Source: Botryllus schlosseri (Eukaryota). Taken from it: a stretch of 60,000 nucleotides of DNA. A model generated the notes under the pieces. The model saw only the letters and a program-made list of their open reading frames with translations, searched no databases and was not told the DNA's origin. A program made the position numbers and the translations under genes. The DNA is taken from assembly GCA_051294905.1 (NCBI GenBank), contig CM119371.1, positions 40,612,001 through 40,672,000 on the forward strand, in the 5' to 3' direction. Shown here one piece after another: positions 12,493 through 23,145 of this stretch. Position 1 is the stretch's first letter. The number at the start of each line of letters is the position of its first letter.

Positions 12493-13502
12493 TCAGCTTC
12501 GGATACGATCTCGCAGTGCTTTGGAAGCTCTAGATTTATATTTCTTTTGTTCATGATAATTTCTCGTCGCAGCCAGGCAGTATGTATGAGTTCTTGTTCT
12601 CACATATTTAGAAATGAGGAGTTTCACAAGGGTCTGGTCACAATGTGGAAAATGTAATGGAATATTGACATTCCCGAGAATGCTTCTCATGTCAATAAAC
12701 CGTGAGTTTTTTTGCTTTTGAAAATAAATTTCGACTTCTTTCATTAGGTAAAAAAATCTTTCATTTGGGCATATCAGTCCTCCTCTGTTTTTAGGTTCGA
12801 ATTCCATTGGTAGAGGGTTCTTAGATACTTGGTTTTTACACCAATCTCTCCATTCACCAGGAAACTTTTTGACAGCCCACTTCAATATAGCACCACATAT
12901 ATATTTAATTACTTTCAGGTCATCATCAGTTATCAATACACTCTTATACTTTGAAACTCCCCAGTCCGTAGCTTTTTTAATTGCTCCAGGAATCATCGTC
13001 TTCAGCAATTGCTTGACACGACTTTCAGGTATATCTAAGCAGCAAATGTAGGTCTTTTGCATGAGGGCAGAGTATGATAGCATCATTTCCTTTTTACTTT
13101 CGAATGATACAGTTTTCTTTATATCTTGCAATAGTTCTTTGTATAGGTCTGTTTCCTTTCTTATCGTTATTTCCAATCCTAAAGTACATATTCCGGTGTC
13201 CAATAGTTCCTCACAGTTAACATCCGATATCAATATCTCCACAGTTTGACTCTCCGAACATCCCTCCCTATCTGACGTTCCAACTATGTCCTCTTCATTC
13301 TGAAACATATGAGCAAAAACGTCATTTAACTTCAAGAGGCCCTTTTCAACACAACAGCAAGGGCCAAGGGGGGGTACTCCCTAGTTCCGTTTGACTTTCA
13401 CTCCTTTATTAAGAACATGAAATAATTAGTATATCATCAGTTACTATAGCTATTACTTACGTCATTAAATATTTCTTCGAGTTCTTCCTCAGTAAGATCC
13501 AT
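12493..13502 (-). CDS. Second P-element gene (2 exons, ~309 aa) with YICGA...RGGLxxP motif
   Basis: Exon 1 (13461-13502, MDLTEEELEEIFND|GTAAGT) joins in frame via an AG acceptor at 13380 to ORF 12493-13335. Confidence 0.7.
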
Positions 13503-13785
13503 CGGCTAGATACAAAATACGCACAGGTCTAAGTAGCAAATGGCCGCAGAAAATGAAAGTCGCAGTCTTACACGCGGTGTCGCTGCACGGAACAACAAAA
13601 GCACTGAATCGGTCTGCCGCTTCCAGGCTAGTTTGTAAAGGCTATGATATTAACAAACAATCATAACATACACCCATAACGGGTGGGCTGTCACACTGCT
13701 CCCCCCAAAAGTAGAGGGAATTACATAATAAAAAATTCACTCTCACATCTAACCAAAAACTAACAATTATCAAAATAAACAATAA

Positions 13786-15082
13786 TCATGACTCATAATC
13801 CAACAAATACCTAGGACGCCTGACAAGTCGCTTCGACCTTGTAGTATATACAGTTTCAGGCACGTCCTGGTCATTCACAATATCAAAAATCTCATCACCA
13901 TGATCAGAAACATCTGCTATTACCGGTTCAAAAACATCACTACTTTCCCCATCGTCACGATTATAAGGCATCAGGTAATCAACATGAGACTTGCGAAAAT
14001 TCTGAGTTCCAACTTTCTGTATGCGGTAAACACACTCTGAAATTTGCTCAACAATTACATAGGGTCCTGACCATCCAGAGGACAATTTTCTCTTTTTAGG
14101 AGGATAGAAATACCAACAATAGTCACCCACCGCAAAAGCCAGCGGTCTCACCGCACTATCAAAATCACGTTTCTGCCTTACTGCAGACTTAGATAGATGT
14201 TCTCGAGCAAAAGTAAAAGCATCTGAACATGCATCACGAAACCAATTCACATAGTCCACATAGCATTTCGCTATCTCATTATTGGAGGGGTGTCCATACA
14301 TGATATCTGTAGGAAGAGATATCTCACGACCCATAAACAGGCGATTCGGGGTATAACCAGTGGAATGATGAACTGTTGAGCGATAAGCCATCAAAATATA
14401 CGGCAAATGGTCAGCCCAATCAGACCTAGAATCATCAACAAAACTAGTAAGCATTTGCTGCAGCGTTCTGTTCATACGCTCACAGAGTCCATCCGAACGG
14501 GGATGATAGGGAGTGGTACGTGTCTTCCTAATATCAAAGAGCAAACACATGTGCTGAAAAAGTTCCCCCTCGAATTGTCCCCCTTGGTCAGTATGAATTA
14601 TCCGTGGGCACCCATATTTGGTGAAAAATTGGGACACCAGAATTTCTGCAGTATTCTGAGCAGATTTAACACGCATCGGATACACTTCAACCCATTTCGA
14701 AAAGTAATCAGTAAGCACCAACATGTGCATTGTGCAAATACCCCTCGTCAGTCTCAGGCAATGGCCCAACAAAATCAAGCGACACTCTATCTAAAGGTTC
14801 AGCACAAAGCATCTTGCACAAAGCAGCTTGGTGAATACCATGAGGTGACTTGGTAGCCGTACAAGTCTTGCAAAATTTCACCCAGTGCTCCACCATGCGT
14901 TTCATACCAGGCCAGTAGTAGCGTTCTCTCATCTTCCAGTAAGTCTTGTCACGTCCAAGGTGACCTGCAGTCCGAAGACTATGAAGATGATTGAAGAGTT
15001 CCCTGCGCCATGATCTTGGCACTACCAGTTGATACATTATGGGACATCCAGGCTTTGTCTTCGAATACTTCCTATACAGCAC
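13786..15082 (-). pseudogene. Gypsy integrase, frameshifted
   Basis: HHCC zinc finger (H..RTAGH...CKTC) in 14708-15082; DDE core (TDQG, GLCERMNR) and GPY motif in 13786-14778; frames separated by a 7-bp duplication (TGCACAA TGCACAT on the minus strand) near 14725-14738. Confidence 0.9.
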
Positions 15083-17574
15083 TCCATTACACCATCAAAA
15101 TCGACCTATACCAGCAAAGGTCGACTCAACGCATATCACGGTAACCGTGTTCAGATATAGATACGATTGTTACCAGAACTTTGGAGCCGAAGCCGGAGCC
15201 CGGAGCCTGAGCCCCGGAGCCGTGCATTTTCGCCGGAGCTGGAGCCGGAGCCGGAGCTCTACATAAAATTTAGCCGGAGCCGGAGCCGGAGCTGGAGCCC
15301 GTTATTTGAGGAGTAGCTCCGGCTCCGACCTATTTCATAAGATGCTATTATATATGCAACAACCACATCTGCTGATTTATCATAATTGAACTGAATTTTA
15401 ATGCTGTGCACAGCAATGGCATGGAGTAAATTGCGTTCTAGTGCAACTATGATGTTGTCGACAATTGACAAGTATTCAATATGAAGTCACAAGCCGGCAC
15501 GGCGGCACCTAAGTAGTTAGTACGATCGCTCGCACATTGGCGTGGGGTTCTTATGGGCGGGGTGGCATGGTGCCGAGAAACCGGGGGTGGCATGGTGACC
15601 CTTATGTCTTATGGCGGGGGTGGCATGGTGCCATTGTGTCTTATGGCGGGGGTGGCATGGTTACCTTTTCGGGTATAGGCTGCGGCGGCATGGTGCCGTG
15701 AAACTCGTGTTGGCATATCGCGCTTTTAGACCCCCCCTTCCGCTCGCACATCGCCATTGGTTCTTATGGGCCCGCTCGCATGTCGCACTTTCGGGTATAG
15801 GCATCTCTCGCACATCGCATGGAAAACTCGTGGTGGCACATCGCCCTTTCGGGTATAGGCATCTCTCGCATGTCGTACTTTCGCGTATAGGTTGTGGTGG
15901 TGATTCGCCATGTGTTCTTATGGGTGCGGTCGTATGCGGCTATTGCGTCTTATGGCCCCTCTCGCACGGTAACTCTTTTCAGTATAGGGATCGCTCGCAC
16001 GCGGCTGGGAAACTCGTGGTGACATGCTAATGTTTTTTGGTATACGTGCGGCGACATGCTAACGACGATAAATGTGTCTGTCATGTATTCTTACGGGATC
16101 TGTGGTGACTCGCCATGTGTTCTTATGGGTGCGGTCGTGATTCGTACTTTCAGGCATCTCTCGCGCGGTGTTGAATATGTACGAGTCACCAACAATAACC
16201 GCACAAACGGAAACGTGGCTTGCAAGAGGATTTACGCAGTGCGTGCGACCTATATTCCGAACGACCTGCGCGCTGAATTATTTCTCGTCCAGCCGTGTGC
16301 TACTATCGATTATTACACTAGGTCAGTCAGTGCGAAATAGTTTGCTAAATCTAGGAATCACTTCCAAGGTAATATTTTGGTAATTAGTTTACCGCAGAGC
16401 CGGCGTAGCCGGCGATTCGAATATCAACAATAACCGCGCTCGCAAACTAACACTTCAAAAAGATGTGAAATATTTGTAAAATCCTACGATCGCTCACAAG
16501 ATACCACTTCCGGCATATCGATCTATCACTCAATACACAACCGAAGTTGAATTATAATTGAATGCGTAAATTTATCACCTCGGCATCAAAATTCGAAAAC
16601 AACAACTTGATGCTTTATGTTCTCACTATAATTTCGTGATAAGTGTAATAAGTGCCGAATAACAGATACACCCCCGGCGAGACTTGAATACCAACAAATT
16701 GTCACTTATTTCTATTCTAGCCGTAATCCTTTGTGAAGTTAACGCTTATTCAAAAAGGTGTGAAATATTTGCAAAACCCCGCGATCACTGACAAGATAAT
16801 GTCTCGGACATAACCATCTTTCACGACTTGGTGTCATAGCCAAACCGATCGCTCACGCGGTGAAATTTTAGTAAGCAGTTTGTCACAGAACTTGATTTCG
16901 CTGGTAAGATTTAACTAGTAACGAATAACAGACCGCCAGTGTCGGTAACTTGAATAGCGACAAATTGTCACTTATTTCCGCTCTAACCCTAATCCTTTGT
17001 GAAGTGAACGCTTATTCAAAAGGATGTGATATAATTTTAAAATCCAACGACCACTCACCGGATAATACTTCAGACATAGCAATTCCTCATACCCGCCCAC
17101 AAGGTAATATTTCGGTAATTAGTTTGTCACAGAACCGTCGCAGGCGGTGATTGGAAAACCGACAATTTGTCACTCGCCCGCGATCGCTATATGTTTCACG
17201 CCTCCAGAATAGTGGCTGACTTTAGTTGTGTGATAAGATCCATGAAAATATTCAATCAATGTGTTAGCTTATCAACTTGAAATGAAACTCACTACACAAA
17301 TCAAGTCGATTCGTATCTGAATGTTTTAAATCGACACAACTCAAATCCTTTGACAAATCCCTTAACGCGTTTTTGTTGAATCGAACGTAACCCGAATATT
17401 ACTGACGCCGACTTTCAGCCGCATCGAATTATTCGCACATTCCGCGTCGCTGTTTTCGCACTTATAGAATCAATACCAACTATAACTCTACAAGAATCAA
17501 GAATCACAAGTATGTGCATTACACAGTTATTGTCTTTATTAACTTGAAATCAAACACTTAACAAAAACACGCAA

Positions 17575-17940
17575 CTAATCATTTGGCAACTCTAGCATTA
17601 CCAAAAAATTCCAGTATTGTTGATTGAAAATCCTTGAGTCATTATTATCAAAAATGTTATAGTACCGCATCGGGATCCATTCGCGGGATGTACTAAAGGT
17701 AAATCCAAATAATCCACATTCGCGGGATGTACTAAAGGTAAATCCAAATAATCCACGTTCGCGGGATGTACTAAAGGTAAATCCAAATAATCCAGAATGA
17801 AATATTTGGACTTTGACATAGTGTGAATTGAAATAGGATTGACAAACACGACTACCAACTTTGATCCAGCCACATTTCAAGATCATACTTTGAAACAAGT
17901 AATGTAACATTACAACTCTATTCACGATCCCGCTTTCCAT
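17575..17940 (-). CDS. Hypothetical 121-aa arm protein (left-arm copy) with in-frame 39-bp repeat
   Basis: ATG start; AATAAA ~35 nt after the stop; present in all four arms. Confidence 0.35.
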   Translation of the reverse strand: MESGIVNRVVMLHYLFQSMILKCGWIKVGSRVCQSYFNSHYVKVQIFHSGLFGFTFSTSRERGLFGFTFSTSRECGLFGFTFSTSREWIPMRYYNIFDNNDSRIFNQQYWNFLVMLELPND

Positions 17941-20721
17941 TTGTCAAAGAGATATTTTAACATCTTACCATACTCAAAAGAATTATTCACAACATTAACA
18001 ATTGTTCAAAATCTAGTTTTCACTTACTTGATTATATCACTGCAACTCATAAATTTGAATTAATTCATCCTGGTTGTATTCGTATGCTCGGTCTTTTTTA
18101 TTCAATTGTAAAGGTTGTTACTATTCTGAAGACAAAGTATTTACAAATCGGTGCATATACGATTTGACTTGGACATACTATATTTCGAGTATACGAGATT
18201 TGAATGTCTGAACAATAACTGAGAAATAATTTATCACAATTAAATCCGTAATATTACAGCGTAAAAGATATTGGAATGTCAGCAACTCTGTAAGGTCATA
18301 GTTACTACCACTAATTTACCCGACCAACTCGTCATGATCATTCCTGAAATCAACACAAACGTGACCACTGACTTGAGTTAACCACAAAACAGCATCAAGT
18401 TTTAAATCCACTTGTAGCTTACGGCTTATTTGAATGCGGGTTATGTTTTGTTGTAATTGAGTGTACGGAAATAGTATTACGTCTCGACATATCACCATGT
18501 CGGAATTTGTGACAGAGAATTGAAACATATGCACTTTACAGAGTGTGAAAATATCACTTTGAGTATCGAGTACCGTTCGAAGCTAGCGATCAATTCTTAA
18601 TCATTTCAGTAACTCCCCATTGTGTGTGCTAAATGTAAAATATCGCGAGGTTATACACTCTAAGACTTTGATCATTACAAAAGTAAATTGTGATATGTTT
18701 GTTAGATGCATCCAATTCAACTAGAAGTGTCTAGTGCCCAACACTCGTAATATCAAAAAAGTACTTGCTACACTGTTATTTGCTACGTGTTATGCATTGT
18801 TGTTTATTTGTAGTATTGAATGAAATTGTTCTTGAACCCTCAAATAATAATCCCCGACATGAAACCAAGCCGCTGAAAGTCGTTACCATCACGAAGATAC
18901 AATGTGTACGATGTTTGTCAAATGTGTCCTACCTGACCAACAGAAAACAATTTTCACTAGCTTGGTAATGAAACCGAAGTCTCCATTCGATATTTTGTTT
19001 GTGTCAAATACTTTGCAATGAACACATTTGGGTGGTTGAGCTTTACATCATCAGACTGTCATCTGTACATCAAGAATACATCCGACTTGTAACCGGATCG
19101 TTTACCTAACCGAGTTGTATGCACAGTTTGATATTTTTGTCATTTAGTGATTGCTGAACATACCACTTCGAAATACTGCGTTGATCTTAATTTCCATCAT
19201 CGTGATAAGTGAAGTACATTTGTTTTGAATTCATAACAATAGGCTTTTCTACGACATGGTAAATTATTGACAAGTTCTGCTTAGAAGATTGGTTGCATAT
19301 CACGAAAAATAATATACCACACATATTATTACTGTTACTCCATTCATCGGCATTTTTTCCGTTGTCGATTTTCAAACGAGTAAAATTTATTACTTGAGTT
19401 GCTCTGCTTACTATATTTAAATGTAAACTCGCCCGTCTTTCAACAACAAACAATGTTAAAAAAGTATGCAATCAAACACAACAAGTTTTACGATACTAAT
19501 TATTATCCCACATAACCCATTTCTTACCGAAGACATATGAAATATATTCATGTTACACGAAAATATTCGCTCATGCTACAAACCTGTACAATGATTGGGG
19601 GTGCTTTCAAACTGTTTCGATACCTCAAGAACTTTATCGTCTGAACGGTTGTTCATGTATCGTAATAATCAAGTAGTTCAACATAGAACTAGTATTAACA
19701 GAAACATCAGAGTTGTTTACACAAAAGTTTGTATGCGTGCAGTATGCGAATACCATGTGTAAGTCCAGCACAATTGTGGTATCCATCCGGGTTTAGTTAA
19801 CACAATTTACGACACCGAGGTCACCTCATCTTTCGTAAGACAACAAACCAACCAAGGTTTCAGGATATGTCCGTGTCATAGCAATAAATCAGCTACTACA
19901 ACAACAGAGTACATATGTTTTCTAGTTACGGCGCTTACGTCTTACACACAAATCAATCCACTTTACTAACAAAAAGTGCTGGGTCATCAAGTGATTACCC
20001 TAACAACAAAACAGCTAAACGTACTATCATACAAAATGGCCGTTATAGTCACCAACGGTACATCGTACAAGTAACAAGTCTCGAGAATCCAGTTATTGAA
20101 AAAACATGAAAGTGTTTCTACACCAAGTCGTTATGTTGACGAAAGCGTATATTGTAATATCATGATCGATTTGCATTCGTTGGTCACAAAATGTCACTAC
20201 TCTAAATAATTATTTTTCAATCAAACACAAACGCATACTTGTCGCCAATCGTTTTCATCAAGCACGAGTTCAAGAAACCTGCTACGACATGAATTGTTAT
20301 TTTTTTATGTTGTGTAAATAGGTAATAATTAATTTTAGTAACACTATATCAACATCATCTAGTTGCGCGAATAGATTTACACGTGGTCTTGTGGTTTTAA
20401 TCGAAGTAAACAGCGCGGTCTAACGCGGAGTCATCTCTATTGTACAGCAACTCGGAAATCGAAATGCATGCATTAACATTTAAACAGCGATCGCGTTTCG
20501 TGACGCGAAAAATATGTTCACCACCGCGATACTCTGCACAGGCGTGCAAATCCTTTTCACACTCGTAATAGTATACCAACGGCTACCGGCGACAACGTTT
20601 AACAATACCAACGACACTAAACATACGATACCTACCCAAGTAAAATTTCCATTTTCACCTGGAGGTCAGCCGTTACCTGACTAAAAATACCATTGTCCTT
20701 TGGAGATTTATCGTTTACGCA

Positions 20722-21200
20722 GTGTAACAATCCCCTTTTCACTTGGAAATATATTTTTGACCTGGATAACAAACCCCTTTTCACTTGGAAATCTATTTTT
20801 GCCCTGGATAACAAACCCCTTTTCACTTGGAAATCTATTTTTGCCCTGGATAACAAACCTTTTTCACTTGGAAATATATTTTTTCTCTTGGTAACAAACC
20901 TTTTTCACTTGGAAATATATTTTTTCTCTGGTTAACAAACCTTTTTCACTTGGAAATATATTTTTTCTCTGGTTAACAAACCTTTTTCCACTTGGAAATA
21001 TATTTTTTCTCTGGTTAACAAACCTTTTTCACTTGGAAATATATTTTTTCTCTGGGTAACAAACCTTTTTCACTTGGAAATATATTTTTTTCTCTGGTTA
21101 ACAAACCTTTTTCACTTGGAAATATATTTTTTCTCTGGGCAACAAACCTTTTCCCCCGGGTAACAAACCTTTTTCCCTGAGCAACAAGCCATTTTCACTT
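20722..21200. repeat. 39-40-bp minisatellite in arm (AACAAACCTTTTTCACTTGGAAATATATTTTTTCTCTGGT)
   Basis: Roughly 11 units; mirrored at ~24120-24598; shorter arrays in copy 2. Confidence 0.9.
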
Positions 21201-22818
21201 GGTGGGTCGTCGTTTACCTGAGTAAAAATATCATTTTCCTTTGGAGATCTGGCGTTTACCCAGTGTAACAATACATTTTCTCTTGGTCATCTAGCTTTTC
21301 CTAGAGTAACTAATCATTTCTCCCGGGTAACAAACCCTTTTCGTCTGGAAAACTATCATTTACCCGAGTACCAATACCGTTTTCACTTGGAAATCTATCT
21401 TTTCCCTGGGTAACAATATCATTTTCGTTTTGAAAACTGACAACCACACCGGCCAATTTGATATTTTTGGATATTGCTACAACGGGTAGTGACAAAATAT
21501 ACACCAACAACGACTCCGATACATTTGTCTAATCAAATATTCACTTGCTCTGATGCATCCCATCAAAATCATTGGTTACTCACATACAATAACAATGTGC
21601 TGTTGTACATCGACATGTATGTTTTCGGAATTGGCGAATAAAGGGGTTTCCGATATGTCTGTGATGTCCGGGTTCGTGCTTTGGATTTTCCAGAGTCAAA
21701 ATGTCTGAATAAAACACCCCCCCCTTGACTTTGGTAACTGGTTGATACACGGATAATGGTGTTCGGAAAACGGATGAATTTATGTTCCCCATCGCGCTAA
21801 TAACTCCGGGTTACTTGTGAGTTTCCTCAGGTCTGTTTACTATATTGTGTCTTTACTGGTCAATACATGTCGCTCCAGTCAGCTGCAACCGGATCACTAA
21901 TATGAGAAAGTGTGTGGGCCTGATCCGGATATTCACTCATGAACCAACGACCAATATTCAAGTAAACATGTTACAGACCGTGTTTTGTCTCCATGAAAAA
22001 TACCAATGCATACACCATCACATACAAGTAACGTCACGATTGTTCACAAGTATTCGCGTAAACGAGGTGTACATACAATGTGTCGGTGTACAAACATCAT
22101 GGAAAACAAATTCATGTTCTCAAGTATCATCATGCGACGACTCTGTACATTCAATGTGGGCATAGATGACTTGGGGACAGACAAGCAGCCATATTTGGAC
22201 GTAACACGATCTTAGTATGAGCCGCCTCAACCCAACTTGTGAAAAATGAATCTCACACGAGTACAACCCTTTCACGGGTTCACACCTTGATTTTGCAAGA
22301 TTTTTCGGATTCTCATGTAGACTTGCATCGTGATCCAGACCTCGACTTAATCGGGTTGCGTAACTCGCTCAACCCCTGCGTATCGTTGGTCATAACCTGC
22401 TAACTTTTTCGCTGAGACCGCAGTGTTTCACCTGGTTTTATGTATTTGGTGATTACCATCGTTATCAATCTTTCACGCGATGAATATGTCGGATGTCGCT
22501 ACTCCCACATAACGACTCCAGCTAAACATCGTGAGCAGTGACTCCGGATTGAAATCGTAAACAGGGACTCTGTGTGTGTGTGTGAATCTCGAGTTCGATT
22601 ACGATTAGATAATGTAATCCAGGGTGTGTCTCTGCGAGCTGAAGGCGGATTTCGTGTTAATCACACCGCAAGAGGGTGCTATCTCGTAACTCGACAGGTC
22701 AACATAAATCGCGGTTGGAAACTTTTGGTCTAGTTGATCCAGCTACGTATTGAAACGTTGTACCCACACAGCCCATTGAGAAAATGTTGTCGTTACCTGA
22801 CCATATCCACGAGTAAAT

Positions 22819-23094
22819 ATGGGACTACGCGTAACTGTCCATAGATTCCTCTGGCCCCACACCGTGGTTTTACGACACAGACAAGATGCAGCGGTGGAAA
22901 TATTGAAAATGAAAAACGATACCTTGGTGACATTTGATTTGGATTTTACACCTGATGAACCATACACTCGATTGGTACATTGGGATGACAACTCTATCGT
23001 TGAGGTCAAGGGAAAAGAAATGTACAGATTTGTTGGTGTTGTGGATATTCAGCGAAAATCAGGGTATATGGTTGTGTATGGTTCGCATATTTGA
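22819..23094 (+). CDS. Conserved 91-aa hypothetical protein in the palindrome loop
   Basis: ATG to TGA; ungapped homolog of the same length at 45197-45472. Confidence 0.8.
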   Translation: MGLRVTVHRFLWPHTVVLRHRQDAAVEILKMKNDTLVTFDLDFTPDEPYTRLVHWDDNSIVEVKGKEMYRFVGVVDIQRKSGYMVVYGSHI

Positions 23095-23145
23095 CTGAGA
23101 ATATATCGGTATGCATAATGCACTGTCCATTGTATCATGTCGTGT

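Larger units (their letters stand above)
7366..13646 (-). mobile_element. P-superfamily (Galileo-like) DNA transposon, 6.3 kb, two genes
   Basis: CATAGCC...GGCTATG termini; ~93-bp perfect TIR extending imperfectly to ~450 bp; 7-bp TSD ATATTAA (7359-7365 / 13647-13653); THAP9-like transposase. Confidence 0.9.
7175..15100 (-). mobile_element. 5'-truncated Ty3/Gypsy remnant (integrase, PPT, 3' LTR split by a P element)
   Basis: LTR TGTGAC (7175) ... GTCACA (13695) reconstructs after removing 7366-13646; purine tract TTTTGGGGGGAGCAG at 13696-13710 (minus); integrase at 13786-15082. Confidence 0.75.
15512..22170 (+). repeat. Left inverted arm of copy 1 (~6.66 kb)
   Basis: Reverse complement of 23146-29808; ORF track is mirrored. 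Confidence 0.95.

Noticed and set aside
20722..21200. CRISPR-like array from the 39-40-bp periodicity
   Set aside because: Units are head-to-tail with no unique spacers, there are no cas genes, and the context is eukaryotic.
21430..22170. Conserved gene in the inner arm segments
   Set aside because: Similarity to 43935-44660 gives peptide matches in more than one frame and is broken by stops and indels, so no coding frame can be supported.
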